A stretch of DNA of 63,276 bases, filler included, from Circinaria calcarea (GCA_051942165.1; 18 parts of 18 records of this genome joined end to end with filler, not necessarily neighbours in it); one strand, 5' to 3'. Counted from the first letter of the whole stretch, positions 38,771 through 50,940 are shown. Numbers and translations: made by a program. Notes: generated by a model not told the origin, from the sequence alone.

Positions 38771-39573
38771 TGAAGGTCGTTGGGCGGGCTGCTATCAAGA
38801 GCCCACTTGCCCTTCTGATAGGTAATGAGTTGTCTTGGTCGGTTGAGACGTCTCTTAGACGAGAGCGTCATATCTCTCTTGGCTCGCGGGTTATCGTCTC
38901 TCATATCAAGGAGGTTTGTAGCGTGTTTTGGCCATTCCCATTGATAACCTGCCCAGCCACGATAGTCGTCTTCAAGATGAGTCGACTCCCAAGGCGCTTC
39001 AGCACCTGGAAAAGCTAGAAGAACCTGTAAGGGGAAAGCAACCAACATGACACGGAGGCCCTTGAAGAGCCACAGCTTCGGCCTGAGCACCCACTCCGCC
39101 ATTCTCAGCGCTAGGGGAACGTCTCCTTTGATTTCGGTCCTGATCCATTTCGCATCGAATTGCTTGCTACCTGACGGTTTCAGGACTGCTCGAGTTGCTT
39201 GGACTACGAGTCGTCTAGGTTCGCTGCTGGATGGACTAAGGTAAACATCGACATCAACAAATTTCTCGACAGTCTGATCCCACTGGTTCCTGTATTGTCC
39301 TTTGCCGTCTTTAAAGCCATATATGTATGTTTCGCTGTGCTTTCCAAGCTCTGGATCATTGACGGGCGCATTTGGCCGCCAAATTCGACGAAAATACTTT
39401 CTGGCAGGGCGGCCAGTGAATTGTTTCTCTAAATTCTGGAGATATGGATCCCTAGGCTCTTTAGAGTTATAACTCCACCAGTGTGCCTTATTTCCTCTCG
39501 GGGCTATAGCCGATAACATATTCGATGTGGTATGGCTGTTAGATGGCGACTCGGACCGAGCAAAAGTTGGCAT
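38771..39573 (-). CDS. Hypothetical fungal protein (3'-partial)
   Basis: Open frame of about 267 codons with protein-like composition, running to the contig edge. No function recognised. Confidence 0.6.
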
Positions 39574-41929
39574 ACTGGGCGTTGGATTTCCTCAGAAACT
39601 AGAAAACGCGAAAAGGAGGAGAAAGGTTAAACATTATTATAGCCCTGTAGAAGGAAAGGAAGTTGAAGTACAAGTAAGAGATGTGATATAAAAGTTGATT
39701 ATAGAGATTGATATTGCCGTAAGACGCCAACATACGACTTCGAAAAGATCATTTTTAAAAAATAGGCACAGATCCTTTATCTGCCTATTCTTACCGCCGG
39801 CCCCCACCCCTCCAGGAAAGGCGATCTGCGAGGTTATCAGTATTATATTCCAATTACGTCCGAAAAGCCAATGGAGAGTCGAGAGCAGGCGCACTTCACG
39901 CAGCATACGCTTAGCGCGGAAAGGAGCGGGGACTGCAGGCCCCACTGTTTTCTGTTCTGCATTTTCTCGCAGACAGTTGGAGCGTTTAGCAAAATTTGTT
40001 AGTTACCTATCGGAGGATATTATATGGGGGCGGGATAATCAATGGACCTAGCCAATACAGACCCTTCATAAAAGGAACCCTGGCCTAACTTGACGTAGCT
40101 AGGCTTAAGGTATCGGCGCCCGTACATAACAAATTTCTTGCAGAATTTAGCTAAACGCCACAAGTGTGGACAGCTCGGGCTAGAGTCGTTCACTAATGCA
40201 CGTATCAAAATATAAAGGAAATTTACTTAATTTCTTAACAGCGTTTTGATACTATTTCTGAGTCTTTGCCACAACACCGCGTCGAGAAAAGAGCAGTGAT
40301 CTCGTGAAAGATAATGCGCTTAAGCAGAAATTATAAGCTGTATTATAAATATATTTAACCGCTAAATATACAATACCCTGTTGGTAATAAAAGCGACGTT
40401 GTACAGAGTTACATGAATGCCAAGAAGGTATCTAGCCCGAGCTGTCCACGCTCTGTACAGTATTTCGCACGTGCGATCATAGCTAAAGCTAGTGCTAGAG
40501 CTAGCTGAGAGGTTAGGACCGAAAAGGAAAGTATTCTAATAAAGGGGTAATATAGATAGAGCGGAGCTGCGAGAGGAAGAAATTCACTCAACAACTAAAG
40601 ATTGTAACAAGCGGCGCACGTAGCGAACGACGTATTTCATAAACTGAATACGAAGGCTATACAAGGAATAAAACGAAGCCAAACGAGCAGCATACAGCTC
40701 GGGCAGCCCGAGGTCAAGCAAAGGCGTCGGGCAGACCTAGGCCGATATTACTGGGTGACAGTCTTTAGTAGTTTTGCCCTCCTGCCTAGGTCATCATCTA
40801 CATTAAATCATGTCTCAATTTACACTTGCCTTTGCGTTCCCCCAATTAAAGATCTCAACCTCAAACCAATGCCATATCTATTCTGTTCTGCATTCCTGTG
40901 TGAGTTGATGTCATACGATACGATACATCTATAAACAGCATGACGATATATCCAATATAGGTTTGACGAGCTTACAAACGCCCAAGCCGCGGTTCGAGAA
41001 AAGGGAAGACATTGGGGATGTTTGATGACATTACGGACTTATCATCAACCGAGCTTTCACAGTGCGTAAGATAACACAGAGTTAATGTAGTGTCCAATGG
41101 CTTTGAGAAGCTTAGTAGCGCTTATGTAAAACCTGAATGGGTATACATATTAGCCAGAGATCTGTATTGTGTGGGAATCGGGTGCAAGGCCGTAAATACT
41201 ACCCAGCTAGTGGAAATTGTCATGTCGTGACTGATCATAACTCCAAGGCAACGAAGACAAGAAGAGGAGGTTCGAAGGCTCGTCAAAAGCAGCGCAAGTA
41301 CAGGGAGACAAAGGAATCCTTAGATGGGAGACAGCATGGAAACTTTGAGAAAAGGCGGATATTATCTGCATGAACGGCTTTAAATAATCTTAAGGCGCCT
41401 GGCAGGTTCGACAACACAGGAAAAGGGAAGCCGAGAAGGCAATAACGTGAATACTTCGGGCTTAATTAGTAGAATAGATGAAGAGCATGGTGTATCCCAT
41501 AAGCTGTAGCAAGCGGATATTTGTAGGTAGCCGTTGAAAGAAGATATAATCACTTTACTGTTGAGGATGCCTTATTACAGACAGAAGGAAACGTCCTTGC
41601 TGCCATTCTTTGTGAATCTCAGCGAACCGGGCTGGCTGATTTATGCATATGCACCTGATGCTGGTTCTTGGTAACCTAGACCTACTTCTTTTCAGGCTGT
41701 TGTTTCCCTATCTTGTCCAAGTGGCCCAGGGCATATCTTTATGCTCTAAAATCGGGTATGTGTATCCTTTGTATCCTTGGGCGGGAAGCTCACAGACATC
41801 CAGCACTCTCCCTTCTCCTTGTGTGCATTGATAAGCTTTTGCGGTTGACGGCATTGTAAATGCAATTTAGCAACACTGGTGACAGGCGTAGGTTCGGCAC
41901 ATGTTTATTACGATTGTGTGCCTTTGGTC

Positions 41930-42181
41930 TTATTCTTCAGCGATATTGAAGGGATTCTCAATCTGCTCGCTTCCGTCCATAGGTGAAATGAGAACCAGTA
42001 GTGTCCCGCGAGCCACCATTAGCCCCAACGACCGTGATGATTCGTTGCCTTCGTCGTCTGTCCGTCCAATTAGCTGCAGAACTCATTCGCATACAAGACG
42101 ATAAGACACCTCTCAACAGCTCCTTCACATCGTCCAAAACTAGGTTCATGAGCTGGTCGTAGCCCTTTAACGTGCCGGTAA
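41930..42181 (-). CDS. LSM7: U6 snRNA-associated Sm-like protein LSm7 (last two exons)
   Basis: VTGTLKGYDQLMNLVLDDVKELLR, then an intron, then DDEGNESSRSLGLMVARGTLLVLISPMDGSEQIENPF (Sm1 and Sm2 motifs). Confidence 0.95.
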
Positions 42182-42442
42182 CTAGGGGNNNNNNNNNNNN
42201 NNNNNNNNNNNNNNNNNNNNNNNNNNNNNNNNTTAATTAATTAANNNNNNNNNNNNNNNNNNNNNNNNNNNNNNNNNNNNNNNNNNNNCCATTATTGGGT
42301 AGGTTCGGATTCATAACTCGTTAGTTTCCTTGGGCAAGGCTTCTCCCTGTCCCTTGTTCATATGAGGGCTCATTATCCTTGGGGGCGTTTCTGGATAAAG
42401 CTGCTGAGATTAGAGGTCGCCATTCTTAATCTCCACAAGCTT

Positions 42443-43879
42443 TCATAGCTCGTCGGCCTTGTTCCGCCTGGTTGCTGCCTTCGCAGTTCCTTCTCCCTTC
42501 GCAGTTCCTTCTCCCTTCGCAGTTCCTTCTCCCTTCGCAGTTCCTTCTCCCTTCGCAGTTCCTTCTCCCTTCGCAGTTCCTTCTCCCTTCGCAGTTCCTT
42601 CTCCCTTCGCAGTTCCTTCTCCCTTCGGAATGGGTTCTCCCCCTCCCTGCTCCTTGGAATCCCTACTCTCCGCCCCTTCCTCCATACCCTCTTTCACACC
42701 TCCCTTCAAGTGCTGCTCGACTGCCAATCTCAATGCTTCCGCAGCTACGGACCCAGCCTTGACTATAGCGTGAACCGGCTGGACTCCATATCCTCCTTGA
42801 GCGGCACTCTGTAAGTAGGCATATATACCTCGCGCAGGGATAAGGCCACCGAAGGTGGCTTGGAATTTTGCGGCTAGAGAACCTATCAAAGATAAGGTTA
42901 ATTAGTGTTTGCTCAACAGCGGAAATATTCTTGAACCTTAACTGGGTCGAATGAGATTATGGTCCGTGGACTTACCAGCTCGAGGGCCCCATCGACCCAG
43001 GCCCGCTGCCCAGAGGAGTGGACCGGCAAATGCGGGCGGATAAAAGTAGACGATACCGTTTACAATATAGAAGGCGGTTTGGTACGGGTGCGCTGAGATC
43101 CAATCTTTTACTTCGGCAGGGAGTTGTGCGACGTCGATTTGGACTATCTGGTCTTTGGCAGCGGTAAGCGTAGATAGAGTTTCTTGCACCACGGCATGTT
43201 TGCTCCCTTTGACGAGCTGCTGCTTGGCTGAGTCAAAGATATCTAGAATCTTTTGGGAGGCCTTGTCCGGCTGGTTTTTTGTGAGCTGGCCTGTAAAGGA
43301 TGAAAAGGTATTCAGTGACTGCTGAAATAGAGCTTCGAGATCGACGGTACCCAGCTGGTTCTCAACAGTAGACTTCAACGTATCTAAAGTGGATTGTAAC
43401 AGGCCCTTATCCTCGATAGGACTCTCTTGACCGTTTTGTCCGATGAGCTGGTCTTTGATCATGGTAAGCCGATCCAGACTCTTCTGCACCACCATTGTGT
43501 AGTCAGCATCAATAACTTCTTGCTTTCCTTCATCCGTGACAAGCCCATTTAGATTTTTCGTTAATTTCTTCTTGAAAACGGGTTGGCTGATCTGCTCTTC
43601 AATAGAAAGGACTTCCCTAATAGCTCGCTGACAAAGGGTTTTATAGTCCGCCTTGCTGAGCTGCTTCTCGGCAAGCCGGGTCATATCGAAGATTGCCTGA
43701 AATTTCTTCATGTAGTTGCTTTCAGAGTCGGCTTGATTGACATCATCCTGGAACGCTTGGTGCTGTGACCCAATATCATCATGCGATCTCTGGGAACCGT
43801 CTAGAGAGAGGGATAGGGTGAAGAAGCATGTGATAATAAAGGTGAGGATGATGTTTTGGAGTCTTACTTTAGCCATCAT
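42443..43879 (-). CDS. Signal-peptide protein with a C-terminal IFI6/IFI27-like Gly/Ala-rich hydrophobic module and a (GEGTAK)8 tail
   Basis: N-terminal hydrophobic signal and a helical Q/K/L-rich middle. Across intron 42975-42883 it reads PLLWAAGLGRWGPRAG|SLAAKFQATFGGLIPARGIYAYLQSAAQGGYG. Confidence 0.75.
42479..42622. repeat. Coding minisatellite, 8 perfect copies of 18 bp
   Basis: (CTTCGCAGTTCCTTCTCC)8, which encodes GEGTAK on the minus strand. Confidence 0.98.
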
Positions 43880-45805
43880 GCTTCTTCTCAGAATCGACGA
43901 AGAAAAGACAAATGAGACGGACTGGCGGAAGAGGGCGATTGGATTAAAGACCTCAGTTTGTTGCTAAGGTTGTGGGGAGTATTACAGCAAAAGGATCAAA
44001 GGGAAGCATATACTTATGAAAGGCTCCCTGCTTCGATCACCAAACAAACGCCTACCTTGCCGCTCACTTGCATTCACCGGTAAGCCAGTGAATAGGATTG
44101 ACTAACCGCTGTCATTAGATTTCTGTTGCCTTGACCAACCAATTGCTAGAGACCAGCTCTGCGTTACCAAGAATGAACTCTTCGGAACGATGGGGAAGTC
44201 TAAGATCTATCCTTGATGCGCTGAATCTCAGAGACGCGCTAGAAAATACGGGTAGGGGTTTGAAGCTTAGACTACCTCGACATCGCCCTACTTTATATAC
44301 CGTCTAATACAAGAGATATGTTCTTTAAGATCACAAGGAGGACAAACGCACTGTCATCCTCAAGTCAAGTCTTGTGGTATGACTCGAGCGAAGTCTAGCT
44401 AATTTGAAGTTATAAAACAGCGTCTGTGTTATGTAGCCTTCCCTTCGTCCACCCGTATTCTGCAGTGGTCCAACCGTAGTCACTCCTTCAGATAGTTTGG
44501 TCCAAGAACATTCTTGTTTGGCCCGAACACGTTTTTGATTGTATGTATCCGACGCTATATTCCGGTGACATAGGAAGAAGACGGTAACAGGCGTTCTTGC
44601 TCCTTAACGGGTCAGCATACCGGGGTGTTGCAGTCTTGAGCTGATCCTTTGAGACATTTGGTTCGTTCCACTCTGCGAGCTATTTGGAGACTTGTAACCG
44701 TAGGACTCGGCTATGATCCTGTAGTTATAACCGGCTGAGTGCAAAATCTCTAAAACAAAGTTCTTAAAAGAAATCCAAGAGATCCAAAAGGAGACCCAAA
44801 TATCTTGAACCTTTGCCACCATAAAACACTGGGTTGGCGTATCTTTTGCCTCCTTCTAATTCCAGTTGGAAACTGTACATCCAAGTTCCGAGCGAAGGCG
44901 GGCGAGTCCTCTACCTTGTCTCGGATAAGGATATCATAGCGCAACGGGACATCAATACCTTGGAAAACTGCGGACACTCGTTGGTAATTTAACAAGATAA
45001 TGCTCCTACACTCAAGTCTATCCGAGTTGCAACGCCGATACTATGCTTCAGACCTATCGCCGAATATGCTTTAAACCAGCAACACCCTGGATCTCGTTAA
45101 CACTCTGCATCCTGGAGAGAGAGCAACGGTCGCCTTACGCATTAATGCATCCATCATTTTCGACATTGTTCATTATCTGCGCCCATCTTCCCCAGATAAC
45201 CTTTCCACCTATGTGCGGTCAGCGAATAATCTAAGACCTTGATTGAAGGTTCACTAACTTGTGCTTATTAGGCCTAGTTCGCTAATGTTCACTTCGATAA
45301 TAGTTCCTTTAGTTAGAACTCCCAGTTGCGTGTACATGGGATTCTCTTCGAAATATTAGCACAGTCGACTTCTCAGCACTGAAGCTTCCTTCAATAGAAA
45401 CTCACGTGGGTTTTTCTTCACGCCAAGTATAGGGAGCTGGACCGTGACCGCAAGCTCAGGGTGTGTGACATTAGCTCTACGTTATTGTAAGCATACGCCA
45501 TATGCAGCATATTCGAAGCATTGCCAGTGTATAGCCTGCTCACTTCTTGTATCGAAGTCCCATTGGACGTATGAATCGCTCGTACTTGACAGGGCGACGG
45601 GTGAAGTCGTTTCCAACTAGAATATTTCAGCCCTCTGAGAGCCATCGATGGAATGGTGATGTTACCGAATGTAGGTTTTGTAATCATCCTCTTCCAACCC
45701 TATCGNNNNNNNNNNNNNNNNNNNNNNNNNNNNNNNNNNNNNNNNNNNNTTAATTAATTAANNNNNNNNNNNNNNNNNNNNNNNNNNNNNNNNNNNNNNN
45801 NNNNN

Positions 45806-46029
45806 ATATATATATAAACTGCATTGAAAATATAGATTATAATAAGAATACGATTTATTATTAATAACCGTGATTTATTTTTTATTATCTAGCTATATTT
45901 TATATCATTAATTCGTGGACGAATTAAACGTACGTATATAGTCGCTGCCTGGTAGATATCAGCCTCGGGTAGTTTAACTTATCTATAGGTTCATACAGGC
46001 TCCCTACTAAAATCCAGGTCTTCCCTCTG
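45806..46029. repeat. AT-rich, probably RIP-degraded sequence upstream of rvt
   Basis: TpA-rich, very low GC at 45806-45930. No rvt-like coding character recognised. Confidence 0.45.
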
Positions 46030-48175
46030 CTCCTTACTCTCTTTGAAGGAGACACAGGGACAAAGGCTTTGGGCCACCTTCGTGATATTATCAAAACGCA
46101 CGGGAACAACACACTTGAGAAACCGCCATTCGACACCGTGACCCTAGAATGGTGTATCAAAGGCTTACTCCATAACACACTGCTCAACGATAAAAAGAAG
46201 TCAACGCTGCAAGAATTCTTGGAGAACGACATAATTCTCTAAGAGTTATCAGACGTGCTCAACATAAGATTTGCAGACTTCAAGAACTGGTCATGGGATG
46301 CGGGTGAAGAGGGAATTCCAGTCGAGCCTCGCCAGCAGCTGAATGGCAAGACGAGAATCCACATGGATGAAGATCTCCTGCAAGCATTATTTCTTCATTA
46401 CATTGGAATCACTTGGTCTGTGGCGCTCAAGCAAGCCCTCTGGGGTCTCTTTGACTCCATCTGGAAGATGGGTGCACCTCTTTCGTCTGAAGAGCGTGGA
46501 AGGCGGCAATTCTACCTTGGCGAGCGCATCGACCAAGCCGAGAGGGCCTATGACGTGGAGTCGGAGCGGCGTCGCACATACAGGGAGGATTTCTTCATGT
46601 CTCACTTGCCTACTTCTATTATGGATGACACGAATGGTTATGATGCTGATCCCGACGATGTCGAAGAGGGTGGTTCCCAGCAGAAGACTTCGCATCAGAT
46701 CAAACAGCAGCTACTTCGACAACTAGCCACTGAAATTCATATTGGCCGCAGCTTAGACGGAGAAGTCGCCGTTATCCAATCGGATCTGGAATGGTACGCC
46801 ACTGGGCTCCCACATAGCACTCTTTCCGCTGTGATGAGGTTCATAGGGGTACCTGAAGTTTGGACAGCGTTTTTCACAAAGTTTTTGGAAGCACCTTTGA
46901 ATATGGGTCCGGCTTTAGAGAATTCGACACCAGGAGTACGTATTCGGAAACGCGGTATCCCGATAGCTCACGCTCTGGAAGTTTTCTTTGGAGAACTTGT
47001 CTTGTTCTTCATGGACCTCGCAGTGAATCAGGAAGCTTCGATGCTTCTATTCCGCCAACATGATGACCTCTGGCTCTGCGGTCCACCCCAAAAGTGTGCA
47101 AAGGCATGGCGTACAATGCAATCATTTGCTAAAGTCATGGGCGTAGAGTTTAACAGACACAAAACTGGATCGGTATACTTGACATCCGGTGGAAAGATCA
47201 AAGATGAGGAGGTTCTCAGCTCATTTCCAGAAGGAACTGTTGCAGGTCGACTTTTTACAGCTAAGCCCAGAAACTGGTAACTGGGTCATCAATGAGGAGC
47301 CTGTAGACGTGCATGCCAGACAATTGCAGAAGCAGCTGGCAGCTTGCACCAGTGTCTTGTCCTGGGTCCAGACATGGAACAGCTGCATAGGGCGGTTCTT
47401 TGGGAGCACCTTCGGAGAGCCGGCCAATTGCCTTGGTCGTGCTCATGTAGATAACATCCTAGAAACACATAAACGCATGCAACAATTCCTATTCTCTGGC
47501 GAGAATGGTACTGCTAAGAGTGTGGCGGAGCATCTGAAGCAGTGGATCTCTAAGCGCTTCGGTTTCACCGACGTCCCTGACGCATTTCTGTTCATGCCTG
47601 AGCAGTTTGGTGGTCTGGGGCTTCGCAACCTATTCAACTCCCTTTTCTTGGTCCATGGCGAGTTTCCCCAAACGCCCGAGCAAAAAATATAAGAATTCTT
47701 CGAACAGGAAAGAGAGGCGTATAAAGCCACCAAGGCAACCTTTGATATACTTGGCGAGATAGGTCGACGGCGCCGTTTCCGATCTATTTATCCGGCTGGC
47801 GATAGAGATAGCGACAGCAGGCAGTTTCCTAAGAGTGATCTAGATAGCTTCATGACGTTTGAGGATTTCATATATTAGCGCGAGTCGGAAAGTCATCTTC
47901 TATTACGGGTCTATAAAGATCTCCGGGGAGTCTCACGCAAGAAGGATATCTGGCTCTCGGCCGACGTCAACGGTGCGCTTTATAGGCTTACGGAGTCGTA
48001 ATCTGATTTATCGCTTTCTAAGCTTGATTCGGAAAAGAAATAGATCGTGCAGTTATACTCGGTCGAGCTGTTCTAGTAATACGGCGGACTGACCTTAATC
48101 GATAAGAATCTGCTGTTATTAAGTGTCTTGACGGTTCTGAAGAATCGAAAGGTGGCCTGGCAGATGGTTCTTTGA
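46030..48175 (+). pseudogene. rvt: Cellular reverse transcriptase rvt (Neurospora RVT-1 family), 5'-truncated, RIP-mutated
   Basis: rvt-type motifs WCIKGLL...DKKKSTLQEFL...DVLN.RF...WSW and RQQLNGKTRIHMDEDLLQALFLHYIG, an acidic insertion loop, RT motifs VIQSDLEWY, RKRGIPIAH and LFRQHDDLW, FNRHKTGSV, WVQTWNS, GGLGL, and C-terminal KVAWQMVL*. In-frame stops at 46240, 47690, 47876, 47999, 48041, 48074 and 48077, plus a +1 frameshift at about 47240. Confidence 0.9.
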
Positions 48176-49321
48176 TATGGCGGACGTTGTTCCGAAGATG
48201 AAATCTCCTCTGATTGTCTCCCGCATATAACGTCAAGCATAGAATCCTACCGTAAAGGACGTAAAGCATAGAAAGCAGGCAGCGTCACCGAAACAATCAG
48301 ATCACCCAAGATACCTTTGTTCTCTTCGAGCTTGCCACTGACTCCATTAAGCCCAAGTAAATACAGAGCATTCAAATACATACCATGCCCACAGTAGTCT
48401 TATATGAGAGTGACGCATCTGTTATGTCTATAAGCCCCTTCTGCCCGGTATCCCCAATCTGCGCCTTAATACTTATATCCCCTTCATTTTAGCACAGGGT
48501 AACAACTTACGTATCTATAATATATCTGGTATAAATTCTTTAAAATCCTATATAAACTATTCCTGTCATAATTCGTACACCAATCTAACTCATCAAGCCA
48601 AATTGAATAAAATAATTCTGCGTAGGCCTAACTCGCCCTATCCAACGGCTATATTTCTCACCCTGCCGATATAATCTCTAACCGAGTGAAATTCGAAAGC
48701 ATGTCTTGACTTGATATAGGCCTGTTTATATCTGTAGTATTAAGTGTTGTGAGATGCTATTTTCGCGGTACCCTCGTTCTATCGCAGGCCTCTGGGTCTG
48801 GGGTGGGGAGGTTAAGAGTGCTGGTGTACTCCGTAGGGTGAGGTATTTTGTTTAAAGAATTTTATAGAATAGGGCTGTCGTTTGGTAATAGATATTTATA
48901 CCACCTCACCCTCGGATAACAGAGGTTGGGTGTTGCGAAGCTTGATGGAAATGGGTAAAAACGTTGCATTATATTCTGGGCGGGGTTTAGTAAGTATCTC
49001 ATGGAGGGTTTGATAGCTAAAGTAGTGAAATATTTTATAAATCTAGAGATGGATTTAAATAGGGACCTGGTTCTTGAATTAGCCTCTTTAAAAGAATTAT
49101 TTCCTCGTAGAGAAAATACATTAAATCCTAGCCTGATGATAGTGGCTCTTCCGTAAAAACTTAATTATAGATACAGAATAAGTTTTGGTTTTTATATAAA
49201 ATTATTAGGACGGAATAGGGANNNNNNNNNNNNNNNNNNNNNNNNNNNNNNNNNNNNNNNNNNNNTTAATTAATTAANNNNNNNNNNNNNNNNNNNNNNN
49301 NNNNNNNNNNNNNNNNNNNNN

Positions 49322-49705
49322 CCCACAGATCTCAAGTCGATGACGGGTAGTTTTGTAACCACGGGATCCAACACTGTGTCGTTTGCCGCAAGCGAGCAAG
49401 AGCTTCTCCCCGGTGAAGAGTATGTCCATCTTTTGACACCTTCATTACCCTTTGACCCTGACTTCTATGAAACTTTTGCCACCCTGTGTGATGTTCTCAT
49501 TGACTGCTATACTCGAATCACGAGCCTAGTTTCTTCGCTCTCGATGTGCACCAATGGTATTGGGGAGTTGTTTGCCAAAGCGGATGCGAAACTCCGAAAG
49601 GTCATCATATCAGGCATCGTGAAGGAGTTTGAGGATGCCGGCCGCAGTGGAGTAAAGAGTGAAGTTGCCGGGATCGGTCAGGTAGTCCTGGGAGGATTGC
49701 TGTGA
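49322..49705 (+). CDS. Conserved fungal hypothetical protein, C-terminal fragment
   Basis: LLTPSLPFDPDFYETFATLCDVLIDCY...FAKADAKLRKVII...EFEDAGR. The frame is open from the contig edge to the stop. Confidence 0.75.
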   Translation, partial: PTDLKSMTGSFVTTGSNTVSFAASEQELLPGEEYVHLLTPSLPFDPDFYETFATLCDVLIDCYTRITSLVSSLSMCTNGIGELFAKADAKLRKVIISGIVKEFEDAGRSGVKSEVAGIGQVVLGGLL

Positions 49706-50259
49706 CATACTTAGACCGAGCCCTATCGCTTAAGACAAGCTCTTTGTTGTGACCATAATAACCGAAACTCGATTCGCACAATGTCCGTTCGCCCTCGTTA
49801 CCTTTGTCAAAAACAACCACCGTGGTCCCATGAGAAAGAGCAAAGCTGTAAGATCAGTGAGGCACTGTCAAGCATCATCAATACACAGAACGACGACTGT
49901 CTAAGCCTACCTTGTCCGCACCTTGCTCCTGTCCACCTAGTTATCGACTCCTTTCGTTTACCATTAGGTATCCTGCACCCACCGCTCACCTAGGCGTTCT
50001 TTCTCCTTGGGTCCGCCTAAATATCCTTCTCTCATCATCCAATTTCATAATAAAACTCCATCTTGAGAGCATCCTTTCTCTTGCTGTCTATATGAGAGTT
50101 TGTGGTCAATCTCCCCTTCGTCCAGACATCGTGGTCTTCTATTCATCCAGAGAGCAAGCTTTCGTCCTTCACCAGGGAGATTCGACCGTCCTCTTCATCT
50201 AGACGTTCCATTCAGGGAGCACACGGTCTTTGCACGTCTTTAGGGCTTAAACGTTGAAA

Positions 50260-50940
50260 ATGAATGTGGGTGAATGCATAAAGCCAGAAGCCTGCAGGTC
50301 GGCTAACACGGGAATACAGACTGTGCTAAAACAGCAGACGGCAGCCTCCCTTGTCTCTCTCCCATCCGAAATTCTCAACGAGATCACTGCTCAGCTAAGC
50401 TATGTAGACTATGTCGAATTGTCTCACACATGTAAGAAGTTGTGGCTCGGTATGAAAAGCAAAGCACCACCCGACAAAGACACGTGGTACGCGGTCAACA
50501 GCTCCGGGCATCGTCTTTTCGGGCGGCAATTCATCATCTGCTTCGACGAGAGATGCTGGTATTTCTTGTGCCCTGGCTGTTCCGAGTTTGTGGGAATGTC
50601 ATGTTTTTTCGACACCGACAATCCGGATTCCTATCTACTGTGTGGCAATCCTGAGGATACCATCGGGAGGTTGCATTCGTTCAATCACTTGAACTTAAGA
50701 TATGACTTGGTTCAGATTGTGTTTTATTGTTACCACCATGAACACTCTAAAAATGTTGGGTGGTCGTGTATTTGCCGTCAATGTCAGTGGCGGCTCTCTG
50801 GACGCAAGAAACCTGTTCGGAGCTTAAGGGAAGACATCGCCAGGTTCAGGGCAAAGGCTGTTAAGCGCCTCAAGCGATTCTGGCGTCTGCTTATTCAGGG
50901 ACCGACTGGAACAGCAGATTATAGGACCATGATGGTCTGA
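50260..50940 (+). CDS. F-box protein with Cys-rich C-terminal region
   Basis: F-box consensus SLVSLPSEILNEITAQLSYVDYVELSHTCKKLW, followed by CPGC and CRQC pairs. Confidence 0.7.
   Translation: MNVGECIKPEACRSANTGIQTVLKQQTAASLVSLPSEILNEITAQLSYVDYVELSHTCKKLWLGMKSKAPPDKDTWYAVNSSGHRLFGRQFIICFDERCWYFLCPGCSEFVGMSCFFDTDNPDSYLLCGNPEDTIGRLHSFNHLNLRYDLVQIVFYCYHHEHSKNVGWSCICRQCQWRLSGRKKPVRSLREDIARFRAKAVKRLKRFWRLLIQGPTGTADYRTMMV

Noticed and set aside
42479..42622. 18-bp repeats as a CRISPR array
   Set aside because: Head-to-tail with no spacers, in frame in a eukaryotic CDS.
47690..48079. rvt stops as programmed readthrough, A-to-I editing sites or an alternative genetic code
   Set aside because: There are too many, they mix TAA and TAG, and they come with a frameshift and 5' truncation. 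Other genes use standard stops, so RIP is simpler.
14815..48175. Solo LTRs and the RT as parts of one retrotransposon
   Set aside because: They are on separate contigs, each LTR is closed by its own TSD, and the RT is rvt-type with no integrase or RNase H.
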